From positions 1,171-65,170 of the forward strand of contig JAZPZT010000004.1 of the NCBI GenBank assembly GCA_045544815.1: a stretch of 64,000 nt of DNA. Reading direction: 5' to 3'. Origin of the DNA: Acutalibacteraceae bacterium (lineage in GTDB: Bacteria; Bacillota; Clostridia; Oscillospirales; Acutalibacteraceae). Position numbers and translations under genes: made by a program. How positions within the stretch are numbered: position 1 is the first letter of the stretch; the number at the start of each line of letters is the position of its first letter. The notes under the pieces were generated by a model. That model was not told where the DNA came from. It was given only the letters and a program-made list of their open reading frames with translations, and made no database searches. This document shows positions 29,019-40,290 of the stretch, in pieces.

Positions 29019-29026
29019 ACAGCATT

Positions 29027-30448
29027 TTACTTTATCAAATCCTTGTACATACGAATGTAGGTATTGGCAGAGCGACCCCAAGTGAAGTCCTGGGTCATGC
29101 AGCGCTCACGGAGCAACTTCAGGTCAGGCTTGTTGGCGTAGGCGCCCAAAGAACGGTCGATGGCCGCCAGCATATCGTCCGCATTGTAGGTCTTGAAGGT
29201 GAAACCGAAGCCGCCCTCATTACCGCAGTCGATGATACTATCCTTCAGGCCGCCGGTCTCGCGGACCACAGGCAGAGTGCCGTAGCGGCAGGCCACCATC
29301 TGTGCCAGACCGCAAGGCTCGCTCTTGGAAGGCATCAGGAAGATGTCCGCAGAGGCGTAAATCTTGCGGGCCAACTCGGGCACGAAGCCGGCGCAATAGC
29401 AGAACTTCTCGGGATACTTATTCTGAATCTCACGGAAGAAATTCTCATACACCCACTCACCGGAGCCAAGCACCACCATCTGCACGTCACGCTGCAGCAG
29501 GTCGTCCACGATATACTTCACCAAATCCAGACCCTTATGAGAGGTCAGACGGGTAACCATACCGATCAGCGGCACGTCGGGGCGCTGAGGCAGATTCAGG
29601 CGCTCCTGCAAAGCCTGCTTGTTGATGGCCTTGCCCTCCTCCACGTCCTCCACGGAGAAATTGTGGACGATGTTGGGGTCGGAGACGGGATTGTAGCCGT
29701 CGGTGTCGATACCGTTGAGAATGCCCTGCAGCTTCCAGCGGCGAGCATTCAGGATGGGATCCAATCCCCAAGAGAACCAGGGATCCAAAATCTCCTCGGC
29801 ATAGGTGGGGCTGACGGTGGTGACGCGGTCGGCACACTCGATACCGGCCTTCATAAAGTTGACGCAGCCGTCATACTCCAACAGCTGACGATGCTCGGGG
29901 GGAATGCCCAGCACGTCCTCCATCAGCTCCATACCATACTTACCCTGATACTGGATGTTGTGGATGGTGAGCACCGTCTTGATCCCCTCAAAGCCCTCAC
30001 GATTCGCATAGAAAATGTGATAGAACAGAGGCACCAGAGCGGACTGCCAGTCGTTGGCGTTGATGACATCCGGCTTAAACCCAATATGGGGCAGCATCTC
30101 AAGAACAGCACGAGAGAAAAAGGCGAAACGCTCGGCGTCGTCATAATGGCCGTAAAGACCCTGACGCTTGAAATAATACTGGTTATCCAGCAGATAGTAG
30201 ATGACGCCATCCACCTTTGCCTCAAACACGCCGCAATACTGACGGCGCCATGCCACCGGCACGGACAGGCTGGTGAGGAAGGTCATCTTCTCACGAAACT
30301 CCTGAGAAATGCTCTCATACAGAGGCATCACCACACGGCAACCCACCAAACGGGCGCGCATAGCCTTGGGCAGGGAGCCTGCCACGTCTGCCAAACCACC
30401 GGAGGCGGCAAAGGGAAGCGCCTCACTGGCAACGTATAAAACTTTCAT
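29027..30448 (-). CDS. glgA: Glycogen synthase
   Basis: It carries the MKVLYVASEALPFAASGGLADV N-terminal signature. The product is 473 aa. Confidence 0.95.
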   Translation of the reverse strand: MKVLYVASEALPFAASGGLADVAGSLPKAMRARLVGCRVVMPLYESISQEFREKMTFLTSLSVPVAWRRQYCGVFEAKVDGVIYYLLDNQYYFKRQGLYGHYDDAERFAFFSRAVLEMLPHIGFKPDVINANDWQSALVPLFYHIFYANREGFEGIKTVLTIHNIQYQGKYGMELMEDVLGIPPEHRQLLEYDGCVNFMKAGIECADRVTTVSPTYAEEILDPWFSWGLDPILNARRWKLQGILNGIDTDGYNPVSDPNIVHNFSVEDVEEGKAINKQALQERLNLPQRPDVPLIGMVTRLTSHKGLDLVKYIVDDLLQRDVQMVVLGSGEWVYENFFREIQNKYPEKFCYCAGFVPELARKIYASADIFLMPSKSEPCGLAQMVACRYGTLPVVRETGGLKDSIIDCGNEGGFGFTFKTYNADDMLAAIDRSLGAYANKPDLKLLRERCMTQDFTWGRSANTYIRMYKDLIK

Positions 30449-30466
30449 TTGCGAACCTCCTTCGGA

Positions 30467-31579
30467 TTAGATGATGGAATTCTTAGCGATGTAGACGGGA
30501 TAGCTCTCGGAGCCCTGCAGGGTGACGCCGCCACGAATGGCCACGTTCTTATCCACAATAATGCAGGACAGCTTGCTGCCCTCGCCCACGGTGACGTTCT
30601 GCATCACGACGCAATTCTCCAGCTCTACGTTGCGGGCGATCTTAACACCACGGAAGATGATGCAGTTGCTCAATTTACCGTCGATGTGAGCACCGTCACC
30701 AACCAGAGTGTTGGTCACCACGGAGTGCAGGCCGTACTGCACGGGATCGCAATCCTTCAGCTTGGTATACACGGGACGGTGCTTGGGGAACAGCTGAGCA
30801 CGCACCTCGTCCTCCAACAGCGCCAGATTCGCGTTGAAATAGCTCTCGGTGGAGTAGATGGGCATCACCAGAGAGGGAGCCACGTAACCGTGAATCTTCA
30901 ACTCGTCCAGACGGCGCTGCAGAATATCCCGCTCAAAGTGATACAGGTTGCGAGCGGAAGCCTCGGTGATGGTGCGCAGCAGCCAATCCTTACGCATTAC
31001 GTACACACCGGTACCATAGTAGGCGGACTGGTCGGCGATACGGCCCAACAGCAGGTCGGTGACGTGACCGGAGGCGTCCATAGTCAGCACGGGGATGTCG
31101 GCCAGCTTGGGCACCACGCCGTGGCGGCAAACCATCGTGACGTCGGCGCCGCTGTCCATGTGAGCCTTAATCAGCGCATCGTAATCCATACTGGTGACCA
31201 TATGGCAATCGGACAGAACGACCAGCTCTTCCTTAGAATGATTCAGGAAGGGGATAATGTCCATCAGGGAGCCAATGCGACCCTGATACATAGCGTCGTC
31301 ACTGCTGCGAGGAGGCAGGAAATAGAGGCCCTCATTCTTACGGGACAGGTCCCAAGCCTTACCGCTGCCGATGTGGTCCATCAGAGACTGATAGTTACTC
31401 TTGGTGATAACGCCGACCTTAGTGATACCGGCGTTGACCATAGCGGACAAGGGGAAATCGATGAGGCGATAACGACCGCCGAAGGGCAGAGAACCCATAG
31501 AGCGCACGGCGGTACCGTCACGGAAGGACTCGTCGTGCATATTCGCAAAAATCAAACCCAAAGCACTGTAGTTACGCAT
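30467..31579 (-). CDS. glgD: Glucose-1-phosphate adenylyltransferase regulatory subunit GlgD
   Basis: It is a GlgC paralogue lacking the GGxGxRL motif and lies between glgC and glgA, as in Firmicutes. Confidence 0.88.
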   Translation of the reverse strand: MRNYSALGLIFANMHDESFRDGTAVRSMGSLPFGGRYRLIDFPLSAMVNAGITKVGVITKSNYQSLMDHIGSGKAWDLSRKNEGLYFLPPRSSDDAMYQGRIGSLMDIIPFLNHSKEELVVLSDCHMVTSMDYDALIKAHMDSGADVTMVCRHGVVPKLADIPVLTMDASGHVTDLLLGRIADQSAYYGTGVYVMRKDWLLRTITEASARNLYHFERDILQRRLDELKIHGYVAPSLVMPIYSTESYFNANLALLEDEVRAQLFPKHRPVYTKLKDCDPVQYGLHSVVTNTLVGDGAHIDGKLSNCIIFRGVKIARNVELENCVVMQNVTVGEGSKLSCIIVDKNVAIRGGVTLQGSESYPVYIAKNSII

Positions 31580-32804
31580 TTGCGCTCACCTCCTCGCCAT
31601 CATTCACGTCTGCTTCAATCATACCTTTAGCAAGCACCTTACAGCCTGCACCAATCTTAATGCCGGAGGCAACCACGGCCACGCCCCAACGAGACAGATC
31701 GTCAATCTCTTCGGGGGCTTCGCCCACGACGGCGCCCTCGCCCACCTCAACGTCCTCGGCGAGGATAGCATACTGCACCTTAGCGCCCTTACGCACCACG
31801 GAGCCGGGCATTAGGATGGACTGGACAATCTCGGCGCCCTCTTCGATGGTGACACCGGCGAAGATGACGGAGGACTCCACCTTGCCGTGGATGACACAGC
31901 CCTCGGTGATAGAGGAGTTCTGCACCTCGGCGGTGGCGGATAAGTACTGAGGAGGCATACCGGGGTTGCGAGAGTAAATCTTCCAAGTGGGATCGGACAG
32001 ATCCAAAGGCACCTTGGGATCCAGCAGGTCCATATTGGCCTCCCACAGGGAGTCGATGGTACCCACATCCTTCCAATAGCCCACGAAGCGGTAAGCAAAC
32101 ATACGCTCGCCGGAGTTCAGCATAGCGGGCAGCACGTTCTTACCAAAGTCGTTTTGAGAGGTGGTATCCTCCTCGTCTGCGATGAGGTACTTGCGCAACT
32201 TCTCCCACGTGAAGATGTAGATACCCATGGAAGCCAGGGTGCTCTTGGGCACGGCCGGCTTCTCGTCAAACTCGTAGATGGAGCCGTCGGGGTTGGTATT
32301 CAGAATACCAAAGCGGGAAGCCTCCTCCTTGGGGACGTCCAGCACGGCGATGGTGCAGTCGGCTTCCTTTTCCTTATGATAGGCCAGCATCTCACTGTAA
32401 TCCATCTTATAGATGTGGTCGCCGGAGAGAATCAGCACGTATTCGGGATTGTAGCGCTGGATAAAGTCGATGTTCTGATAGATGGCGTTGGCGGTACCCT
32501 TATACCAATCGGCGCCCTGATTGCGCTGATAGGGAGGCAGGATATGCACGCCGGCGTCCATACGGTCCAAATCCCAAGGCTGGCCGGAGCCGATGTAGCC
32601 GTTGAGCTCCAGAGGCTGATACTGGGTGAGCACGCCCACCGTCTCAATACCGGAGTTGACACAGTTGGACAGAGGGAAGTCGATGATGCGGTACTTACCG
32701 CCATAGGGGACTGCGGGTTTGGCAATCTTGCGGGTCAGCGCGTACAGACGGCTGCCCTGGCCGCCGGCCAACAGCATGGCGACACATTCTTGCTTACGAA
32801 ACAT
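31572..32804 (-). CDS. glgC: Glucose-1-phosphate adenylyltransferase
   Basis: It carries the LAGGQGSRL motif. The ATG at 32804 follows a GAGGAGG RBS. Confidence 0.94.
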   Translation of the reverse strand: MFRKQECVAMLLAGGQGSRLYALTRKIAKPAVPYGGKYRIIDFPLSNCVNSGIETVGVLTQYQPLELNGYIGSGQPWDLDRMDAGVHILPPYQRNQGADWYKGTANAIYQNIDFIQRYNPEYVLILSGDHIYKMDYSEMLAYHKEKEADCTIAVLDVPKEEASRFGILNTNPDGSIYEFDEKPAVPKSTLASMGIYIFTWEKLRKYLIADEEDTTSQNDFGKNVLPAMLNSGERMFAYRFVGYWKDVGTIDSLWEANMDLLDPKVPLDLSDPTWKIYSRNPGMPPQYLSATAEVQNSSITEGCVIHGKVESSVIFAGVTIEEGAEIVQSILMPGSVVRKGAKVQYAILAEDVEVGEGAVVGEAPEEIDDLSRWGVAVVASGIKIGAGCKVLAKGMIEADVNDGEEVSANA

Positions 32805-32818
32805 GGTGAATCTCCTCC

Positions 32819-34756
32819 TCAATTTTTATCGGTTTTGGCCTTTGCCAATTTTTCTGCCTTTTTCTTGGGGTAGGGGCGTTTGCGTTTATTCTTCAGCACC
32901 AGCACCGACAGAGGCGGCAAGGTCAGCGCCGCCGACTGGTCAAAGCCGTGCATAGGCTCGGGGTCGGTCTTAATAAGACCGTTGGTGGCGTTGGTGCCGC
33001 CAAACTCGGCCAAATCGGAGTTGAACAGCTCCACCCAGTCGCCGTAAACCGGCATACCGATGCGGTAGTCCTCACGCTGAATGGGGGTGAAGTTGCACAC
33101 CACCACCACTTCGTTACCCTTCTTGTCGATACGGCGGAAGGAAATAACGCTATGGGCGTTGTCGTCTGCGGCAATCCATCGGAACCCCTCCCAAGAATAG
33201 TCATCCTCCCATAGGGCGGGAATCTGACGATAGAGATGATTGAGGGTGCGGACGTAATGCTTGGTCATACGGTGGCTCTCGTAATCGAGAAGCAACCAAT
33301 CCAGACCGCTTTGATAATCCCACTCTTTAAACTGGCCGAACTCACTGCCCATAAACAGCAGTTTCTTACCGGGGTGGGTCATCATATAGCCGAGGAAGGC
33401 TCTCAGCCCTGCAAACTTCTCCTCATAGGTGCCGGGCATCTTGTTGATGAGCGAGCCCTTGCCGTGCACCACCTCGTCGTGGGAGATGGGCAACACGAAG
33501 TTTTCGGAGAAGGCGTACATAAGAGAGAAGGTAATCAAATTGTGATTATCCTTGCGGAAGAAGGGATCCAGGCAGGTGTAGCGAATCATATCGTTCATCC
33601 AGCCCATATTCCACTTGAAATTGAAGCCTAAGCCGCCATCGGAGGTGGGGCGCGATACCATCGGCCAGGCCGTAGACTCCTCCGCGATCATCATGCTGTT
33701 GGGATGGAGGCGGAACACCGATTCGTTAAGCCAGCGGAGGAAATCCACCGCCTCTAAGTGCTCGTGACCGCCGAAGCAGTTGGCCACCCACTCGCCGTCC
33801 CTACGATTATAGTCCAGATACAGCATAGACGCCACCGCATCCACGCGCAGGCCGTCGATGTGATACTCCTCCAGCCAGTAGATGGCGTTGGAGATGAGGA
33901 AGGAGCGCACCTCAGGGCGACCGTAGTCAAACACGCAGGTGCCCCATTCCTTATGCTCGCCCTTGCGCGGGTCGGCGTATTCATAACAGGGGCCGCCGTC
34001 GAAACGGAAGAGGCCTGCGGCGTCACGGGGGAAGTGGGCAGGCACCCAATCGAGGATGACGCCGATACCGGCCTGATGGCAGGTATCCACGAAATACATA
34101 AAATCCTCGGGGCCGCCATAGCGGCTGGTGGGTGCGTAGTAGCCCAACACCTGATAGCCCCAAGAGCCGTCAAAGGGATACTCGGAGAGGGGCATCAGCT
34201 CGATGTGGGTGTAACCCATATCCAGCACGTAGGGCACCAATTCCTCCGCCAATTTGCGGTAGGAGAAGGGATTTCCGTCGGCATAGGTGCGCCACGAGCC
34301 GGCGTGCACCTCGTAGATATTGACGGGCTTGTCGTAGGGTGCCACCTTGGCGGCTTGCCAGTCGGCGTCCTGCCACTCATAGCCGCCGACCTCATACACC
34401 TTAGCGGCGGTGCCGGGACGAGTCTCTACGTGCACGGCGTAGGGGTCGCATTTATCCACCGCCTTGCCGTCCTGTCCCACCACGTGGTACTTATAAGGAG
34501 CGTAGAGTCCGATACCCTGCACCGTGGTCTCCCACACGCCGCCGTCCAGCCGCAGCATAGGCTGGGTGTCGGGATTCCATCCGTTGAAATCGCCGATCAA
34601 GGATACCGCCTTCGCATTGGGCGCCCACACGCGGAAGACGTAGCTGTCGTCCCCTGCGTAGTGGCAACCCAACCAGCGGTAGGCGTGGGTGTCGGTGCCG
34701 GCAAGATACTCCGCAATCTTCTGCTGGATATCCACGCCGTTATCGTACAGATTCAT
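32819..34756 (-). CDS. glgB: 1,4-alpha-glucan branching enzyme
   Basis: GH13 motifs are present (DWVPAHF, GLRVDAV, EESTAWP, ISHDEV). The start is either the ATG at 34756 or the GTG at 34768. Confidence 0.94.
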   Translation of the reverse strand: MNLYDNGVDIQQKIAEYLAGTDTHAYRWLGCHYAGDDSYVFRVWAPNAKAVSLIGDFNGWNPDTQPMLRLDGGVWETTVQGIGLYAPYKYHVVGQDGKAVDKCDPYAVHVETRPGTAAKVYEVGGYEWQDADWQAAKVAPYDKPVNIYEVHAGSWRTYADGNPFSYRKLAEELVPYVLDMGYTHIELMPLSEYPFDGSWGYQVLGYYAPTSRYGGPEDFMYFVDTCHQAGIGVILDWVPAHFPRDAAGLFRFDGGPCYEYADPRKGEHKEWGTCVFDYGRPEVRSFLISNAIYWLEEYHIDGLRVDAVASMLYLDYNRRDGEWVANCFGGHEHLEAVDFLRWLNESVFRLHPNSMMIAEESTAWPMVSRPTSDGGLGFNFKWNMGWMNDMIRYTCLDPFFRKDNHNLITFSLMYAFSENFVLPISHDEVVHGKGSLINKMPGTYEEKFAGLRAFLGYMMTHPGKKLLFMGSEFGQFKEWDYQSGLDWLLLDYESHRMTKHYVRTLNHLYRQIPALWEDDYSWEGFRWIAADDNAHSVISFRRIDKKGNEVVVVCNFTPIQREDYRIGMPVYGDWVELFNSDLAEFGGTNATNGLIKTDPEPMHGFDQSAALTLPPLSVLVLKNKRKRPYPKKKAEKLAKAKTDKN

Positions 34757-34954
34757 CCGTTTTTCCACTTCCTTTCCAACACGAGATAGCTATACTACCC
34801 CAAGACTACATTTATACTCTTTTATCATAACAGCAAAACACAAGAAATGCAAGCGAAAATTGTATATCTTGTTACAAAAAAAATGGCAAAATTTAGGTTA
34901 TTTTGTATATCTTGTCAAATTTGTGCTGAAGTAAATAGCGGAAATGCACAAGGA

Positions 34955-34996
34955 AAAAGAAAAACACAGAAAAAGGGAGGGCGAAAACGCCCTCCC
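34955..34996 (-). terminator. Intrinsic terminator of polA, about 140 nt past its stop
   Basis: The stem GGGAGGGCG/CGCCCTCCC (34975-34996) is followed by a long U-rich tract on the minus strand. Confidence 0.75.
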
Positions 34997-35103
34997 TTAC
35001 GGAGCAACACAGGGTTCGGTGTGGGATTGTAAGGGCGAACTGTGTTCGCCCGAAACGGCGGGAGCGAGATCCCCGCCCCCACGGATTCTATCCGAGGTTG
35101 GTG

Positions 35104-35138
35104 CATTGCTCATTGCTCATTACTCATTACTCATTATC
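35104..35138. repeat. Five tandem heptamers CATTGCT CATTGCT CATTACT CATTACT CATTATC overlapping the polA stop codon
   Basis: Direct reading of positions 35104-35138. Confidence 0.9.
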
Positions 35139-37686
35139 CTTTTGCGTCATACCAGGTCTCGCCCACGTGGGCGTCCACCTCCAGGCGAACGGTGAGGTCG
35201 GCGGCGGCCTCCATCTCCTCGATAAGCAGGCGGCAGACCACGTCCGCCTCGCTGCGGGGGCACTCCACCATCAATTCATCGTGCACCTGCAGGATGAGTT
35301 TCGCCTGCAGACCCTCGGCGGCCAGACGGCGGTGCACACGCACCATCGCCACCTTGATGATGTCGGCGGCGGTGCCCTGAATGGGCATATTGCGTGCCAC
35401 ACGCTCGCCGAAATGGCGGGTCATGGCGTTGCCTGCCTTCAGTTCGGGCAGAGGACGGCGGCGACCCATCAGGGTGACACCGTAGCCACGGTCGGTGGCA
35501 TCCGCAATCAGGCTGTTCATAAAATCGGAAACAGCGCCGAAATTGGCGAGATAGCGGTCGATATACTCCTTCGCCTCGACGAAGGAAATGCCCAAATCCT
35601 CGGACAAAGAATAGGCGCCCTGACCGTAGATAATGCCGAAATTCACCGCCTTTGCGGCGGCGCGCTGCTGAGAGGTAACCTCTTCGGGTGCGACGCCAAA
35701 CACCTGCGCCGCCGTAGAACGGTGGATGTCGATACCGCCGTTAAAAGCGGCGCACATGGTCGGCTCGGCGGCCATATGAGCCAGCACACGCAGTTCGATC
35801 TGGGAATAGTCGGCGTCGCACAGCACCCACCCCTCACGGGCGGTGAAGAAGCGGCGCATTTGGCGACCCAGCTCGGATCGCACGGGGATATTCTGCAGAT
35901 TGGGCTCGGAGGAGGAAATGCGGCCGGTACGGGTCTCGGTCTGATTGAACACCGAGCGAATACGGCCGTCCGTGTCTACCACCTTGAGCAAGCCCTCGCA
36001 GTAGGTGCTGTTGAGTTTGGAGAGGGTGCGGTACTCCAACAGTGCCGCCACCACAGGCGATTCGTCACGCAATTTCTCCAGCACGTCGGCGGAGGTGGAA
36101 TAGCCCGACTTGGTCTTTTTGCCGTGGGGCAGGCCCAAATCCTCAAACAGCGCCTTGCCCAACTGTTTGGGGGAGTTGAGGTTAAACTCATAGCCCACCT
36201 GCGCGAAAATCTCCTGCTGCAGGGTGGCGATACGTGCGGTGAGCTCGGCACCGAAAGCGGCGATACCCTCCCGGTCTACCGCCACGCCCACGCACTCCAT
36301 ATCCGCCAGCACCAACGCCAACGGCTGCTCCACCTCGGTGAGCAGGGCGGTCATACCCTGCTCCGCAACCAGCGCAGACAGGCGATCACACAGCACGGGG
36401 AAGGTGTGCAGCGGCTCATCGGCGGCAAAGCCGTATTCGGGAAGCAAGCGAGCCAGCGAATAGTCGGAGGAAAGAGGATTGAGCAGATAGGCCGCCAAAA
36501 CGGTGTCCAACACGAAGGAGGCAGGGGTCAAGCCCTGCGCCAGCAGAGCGCCAAACAGCGGCTTGGCGTCGTGGGTACGCTTTTCCACAGACGGGTCGCA
36601 CAGCAAGTCCACCAGTTCGTCAAAGAAGAAGCAGAAACGGTCGAAACGGCCGCAACGGCCTGCGGCGGCGATAGCGAGGGCGGTAATCTCCTCCCCTTCC
36701 ACCGTGGCGAGGACGTCCATCTTGCCTGCCGTCTTGATGGCGGTAATCAGAGAATCCGCCGATTCGTTGCCCTCCACCTCAGGGGCGGGGATAGCCACCT
36801 CTGCCTTTTCCACGGGAGCAGCCACGGCGGATAACCCTAACTTCTCCATCCATTTATACAGCTCCAAATCCTGCAACAGAGCGGCCAAGCGTGGCTCGTC
36901 CATAGGGCGCACGGCATAGGTTTCCGCCGTTAGGTCAACGGGTGCGGTGCGGCAGATGGTGCCCAGCATTTGGGAGGTGTAAGCGCTGTCCCGTCCTGCG
37001 GCCAGCTTGCCGCGCAGGTTGTCGCGGATGTCGAGGGCATCCAAATTCTCGTAGATGTAATCCAACGAGCCGAAGCGGCGCATCAGGTCGAGGGCGGTCT
37101 TTTCACCCACGCCGGGCACGCCGGGGATGTTGTCGCTGGTATCGCCCTGCAGCGCCTTCAGGTCGATGAGCTGTGCCGGCGTCAGGCCGTATTTCTCCAT
37201 AATGGCGGCAGGGTCGTATACCACCGTTTCGGCATTGGTGGCCAGCAGGACGGTGACGCCCTCCCCCACCAACTGCAGGCTGTCACGGTCGCCCGTGGCG
37301 ATATAGCACACGTCCCCTGCCTGCACGGCGGCGGCGGAGAGGGTGCCCAGCAGGTCGTCCGCCTCGTAGCCGTCCAACTCGACTAAGGTCAGACCCATCG
37401 CCACGAGAATATCCTTTAGCGGCTGCAACTGCTGCCGCAATTCCTCGGGCATACCCTTGCGCCCTGCCTTATACTCCGCATAGGCCCGGTGGCGGAAAGT
37501 GGGCGCCTTGCGGTCGAAAGCGATGGCGATATGAGTGGCGCCGGCGGTCTCGCGCAGACGGGCGAGTATATTGAGAAAACCAACGATGGCATTGGTATAC
37601 CGTCCATCCTTGGTGGTGAGTGCTTTTACGCCGTAGAAAGCGCGATTGATGATGCTGTTGCCGTCGATAACCAGCAGACGATTCAT
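35134..37686 (-). CDS. polA: DNA polymerase I
   Basis: It has a 5'-nuclease N-terminus (LLVIDGNSIINRAFYG) and Pol A motifs (DYSQIELRVLA, QVHDEL). The ATG at 37686 lies 9 nt after AAAGGA. Confidence 0.96.
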   Translation of the reverse strand: MNRLLVIDGNSIINRAFYGVKALTTKDGRYTNAIVGFLNILARLRETAGATHIAIAFDRKAPTFRHRAYAEYKAGRKGMPEELRQQLQPLKDILVAMGLTLVELDGYEADDLLGTLSAAAVQAGDVCYIATGDRDSLQLVGEGVTVLLATNAETVVYDPAAIMEKYGLTPAQLIDLKALQGDTSDNIPGVPGVGEKTALDLMRRFGSLDYIYENLDALDIRDNLRGKLAAGRDSAYTSQMLGTICRTAPVDLTAETYAVRPMDEPRLAALLQDLELYKWMEKLGLSAVAAPVEKAEVAIPAPEVEGNESADSLITAIKTAGKMDVLATVEGEEITALAIAAAGRCGRFDRFCFFFDELVDLLCDPSVEKRTHDAKPLFGALLAQGLTPASFVLDTVLAAYLLNPLSSDYSLARLLPEYGFAADEPLHTFPVLCDRLSALVAEQGMTALLTEVEQPLALVLADMECVGVAVDREGIAAFGAELTARIATLQQEIFAQVGYEFNLNSPKQLGKALFEDLGLPHGKKTKSGYSTSADVLEKLRDESPVVAALLEYRTLSKLNSTYCEGLLKVVDTDGRIRSVFNQTETRTGRISSSEPNLQNIPVRSELGRQMRRFFTAREGWVLCDADYSQIELRVLAHMAAEPTMCAAFNGGIDIHRSTAAQVFGVAPEEVTSQQRAAAKAVNFGIIYGQGAYSLSEDLGISFVEAKEYIDRYLANFGAVSDFMNSLIADATDRGYGVTLMGRRRPLPELKAGNAMTRHFGERVARNMPIQGTAADIIKVAMVRVHRRLAAEGLQAKLILQVHDELMVECPRSEADVVCRLLIEEMEAAADLTVRLEVDAHVGETWYDAKG

Positions 37687-37798
37687 AATCATCCATCCTT
37701 TGCGGTTTGTTTTAAGCTATTATAGCACATATTTGTGGGAATTCCAACGCTTTTTCAAAGAAAAATCTCCACCGCAGAAAAGCAGTGGAGATTCTCGC

Positions 37799-38716
37799 TT
37801 ATTTAATCTCGGCGATATCGTAGGGGGTGGTCTGATAGACGAAGTAGTTGAGCCAGTTGCTGTACAGCAGATTGGCGTGACTGCGCCAGGTCACCATAGG
37901 CTCCTTGGTGGGGTCGTCGTCGGGGAAGTAATTCTTGGGGATGGCAGGGTCAAGGCCCGCGCCCACGTCACGGAGATACTCGTTTTTCAACGTGTCGGCG
38001 TCGTACTCCGAATGGCCGGTGATGAAAATCTGGCGACCGCCTGCAGTGGCGATGGCATAGATGCCCGTCTCCTCGGAGGAGGCAAGGATTTTCAGCTCAG
38101 GCACGGCGGCGATATCCTCTGTACGGACGGTGGTGTAGCGGCTCTGGGGCACCATAAAGGTATCGTCAAAGCCACGGAAAAGGATGGAGCGCTTATAATC
38201 CACCTTATGGGGATAAATGCCGGAATACTTAAAGCCGAGGGGATATTTTTGAATGCCGTAGTGGTAATACAGACCTGCCTGAGCGCCCCAACAGATGTGG
38301 AAGGTGCTGGTGACGTGGGTCTTGCTCCACTCCATGATGTCGCACAGTTCCTCCCAGTATTCCACCTCTTCAAAGGGCATCTGCTCCACCGGCGCACCGG
38401 TGATGATGAGGCCGTCGTACTGCTTATGCTTGATATCGTCAAAGGTCTTGTAGAAGGTGAACAGGTGCTCGGCGGAGGTGTTCTTGGATACGTGAGACTT
38501 GGTGTGGATGAACTCCATCTCCACCTGCAGGGGAGAATTGCCCAATAAGCGAGCCAACTGAGTCTCGGTCTCAATCTTCTTGGGCATTAGATTCAACAAA
38601 AGAATCTTTAGCGGACGGATGTCCTGGGTGATGGCACGGGTCTCGGTCATCACAAAAATATTCTCGTCGGTCAAGGTCTGCACCGCAGGCAGATCATTGG
38701 GGATTTTAATGGGCAA
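37799..38716 (-). CDS. metA: Homoserine O-acyltransferase (MetA family)
   Basis: The TTG start lies 6 nt after [20 protein letters not shown]... and the [12 protein letters not shown] active-site region are present. Confidence 0.92.
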   Translation of the reverse strand: MPIKIPNDLPAVQTLTDENIFVMTETRAITQDIRPLKILLLNLMPKKIETETQLARLLGNSPLQVEMEFIHTKSHVSKNTSAEHLFTFYKTFDDIKHKQYDGLIITGAPVEQMPFEEVEYWEELCDIMEWSKTHVTSTFHICWGAQAGLYYHYGIQKYPLGFKYSGIYPHKVDYKRSILFRGFDDTFMVPQSRYTTVRTEDIAAVPELKILASSEETGIYAIATAGGRQIFITGHSEYDADTLKNEYLRDVGAGLDPAIPKNYFPDDDPTKEPMVTWRSHANLLYSNWLNYFVYQTTPYDIAEIK

Positions 38717-38763
38717 AGAGGGCTCCTCCCTTCACATATATTTCCGTCGCGGAAAACGGGAAA

Positions 38764-40047
38764 TTACAGATTATCCAGTGCCTGCTTGATGTCCGCAATC
38801 AGGTCGGCAGCATTCTCGATACCGCAGGAGAAACGCACCAAATCGGGGGACACACCGGCGGCTTCCAACTCGGCGTCGCTCATCTGGCGATGGGTGGCGG
38901 AGGCGGGGTGCAGACAGCAGGTACGGGCGTCTGCCACGTGGGTTTCGATGGCGGCCAGCTTCAAGTTCTTCATAAACTTTTCGGCGGCAGCACGACCGCC
39001 CTTCACGCCGAAGCTGACCACGCCGCAGGAGCCGTTAGGCAGATACTTCTGCGCCAGCTCGTAGTATGCGTCACCGGGCAGGCCGGGGTACTTAACCCAT
39101 GCGATTCTGTCATCGCTCTGCAAATACTCGGCCACCGCCTGACCGTTTTCGCAGTGGCGCTGCATACGCACGTGGAGGCTCTCCAGACCCAGATTGAGAT
39201 AGAATGCATTCTGAGGAGACTGAATGGAGCCCAGGTCACGCATCAGCTGTGCGGTGGCCTTAGTAATGTAAGCGCCCTCGAGGCCGAAGCGCTCGGTGTA
39301 GGTGACTCCGTGATAACTCTCATCGGGGGTGCACAGACCGGGGAACTTGTCGGGATACTTGGTCCAATCAAACTTACCGCTATCCACAATACAACCGCCC
39401 ACAGCAACGCCGTGACCGTCCATATACTTGGTGGTGGAGTGGGTCACGATGTCGGCGCCCCACTCGAAGGGGCGGCAGTTGACGGGAGTGGCAAAGGTAT
39501 TGTCGATAATCAGCGGCACGCCGTGGGCATGGGCGGCGGCGGCAAACTTCTCAATATCCAGCACGGTGAGGGCCGGGTTGGCGATGGTCTCGCCGAACAC
39601 CGCCTTGGTGTTGGGACGGAAGGCAGCGTTGAGCTCCTCCTCGGTGCAGTCGGGAGAAACAAAGGTAAAGTCGATACCCATGCGCTTCATGGTGACAGCG
39701 AACAGATTGTAGGTGCCGCCGTAAATGGAGGAGGAGGACACCACATGGTCGCCGCAGGAGGCGATATTGAACACCGCGAAGAAGGAAGCGGCCTGACCGG
39801 AGGAGGTGAGCATAGCGGCGGTGCCGCCCTCCATCTCGCAGATTTTGGCCGCCACGGAATCGTTGGTGGGGTTCTGCAGACGGGTGTAGAAATAGCCGGA
39901 AGCCTCCAGATCGAACAGTTTGCCCATATCCTCGCTGGTGGCGTATTTAAAGGTGGTGGACTGAATCACGGGGATCTGGCGAGGCTCGCCGTTGCCCGGG
40001 GTGTAGCCACCCTGTACGCATTTGGTTTCGATTTTATATTCGCTCAT
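38764..40047 (-). CDS. metY: O-acetylhomoserine sulfhydrylase (PLP-dependent)
   Basis: It belongs to the Cys/Met-metabolism PLP family (HSTTKYMDGHG carries the lysine motif). The product is 427 aa. Confidence 0.92.
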   Translation of the reverse strand: MSEYKIETKCVQGGYTPGNGEPRQIPVIQSTTFKYATSEDMGKLFDLEASGYFYTRLQNPTNDSVAAKICEMEGGTAAMLTSSGQAASFFAVFNIASCGDHVVSSSSIYGGTYNLFAVTMKRMGIDFTFVSPDCTEEELNAAFRPNTKAVFGETIANPALTVLDIEKFAAAAHAHGVPLIIDNTFATPVNCRPFEWGADIVTHSTTKYMDGHGVAVGGCIVDSGKFDWTKYPDKFPGLCTPDESYHGVTYTERFGLEGAYITKATAQLMRDLGSIQSPQNAFYLNLGLESLHVRMQRHCENGQAVAEYLQSDDRIAWVKYPGLPGDAYYELAQKYLPNGSCGVVSFGVKGGRAAAEKFMKNLKLAAIETHVADARTCCLHPASATHRQMSDAELEAAGVSPDLVRFSCGIENAADLIADIKQALDNL

Positions 40048-40084
40048 TTGAAATCATCCTTTCGGAGTAGAATCGTTACCGCTT

Positions 40085-40114
40085 ATTATACTACTTATTT
40101 ACGGCAGGTGTCAA
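40085..40114 (-). promoter_or_regulatory. Sigma-A promoter of metY-metA
   Basis: On the minus strand: TTGACA, an 18-nt spacer, then TATAAT, about 40 nt upstream of the RBS. Confidence 0.65.
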
Positions 40115-40207
40115 GGGGCGAGGGAAAAGAAACGAGACAGATTGCAGGTATTCCCTTTGGGAACACAGCGGTCATTTCTGCGTGTCACCGTCAGTTTTTT
40201 GCTGAAT

Positions 40208-40221
40208 TGTAAGCGCTTACA
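40208..40221. promoter_or_regulatory. Perfect cre palindrome TGTAAGCGCTTACA between the divergent metY and HD-gene promoters
   Basis: It is an exact consensus match, 19 nt upstream of the -35 of the plus-strand promoter. Confidence 0.55.
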
Positions 40222-40239
40222 ACGCCTATATTCTGCCAC

Positions 40240-40268
40240 TTGCATTTTGTTTACAGATGTGCTATAAT
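40240..40268 (+). promoter_or_regulatory. Sigma-A promoter of the dGTPase-like gene
   Basis: TTGCAT, a 17-nt spacer, then TATAAT. Confidence 0.6.
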
Positions 40269-40290
40269 GAATGGAAAAGGAGGGATTATA

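Noticed and set aside
28952-30439. 495-aa plus-strand ORF. The same reasoning applies to 30449-31630, 38890-40212, 33758-34789, 19589-20770, 20842-21945, 43610-44683, 18728-19435, 7150-8022 and 147-890.
   Set aside because: All lie opposite well-supported conserved genes (glgA, glgD, metY, glgB, the M16 pair, the hypothetical membrane protein, mtnN, mntP/malic enzyme, rapZ). They show shadow-ORF composition and lack RBSs.
35098-36834. 578-aa plus-strand ORF
   Set aside because: It is antisense to polA, whose motifs are unambiguous, so this is a shadow ORF.
40048-40240. Expected SAM-I riboswitch or Met T-box upstream of metY
   Set aside because: A near-consensus promoter sits only about 40 nt from the RBS. 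That leader is too short, and I could not find the conserved SAM-I or T-box cores.
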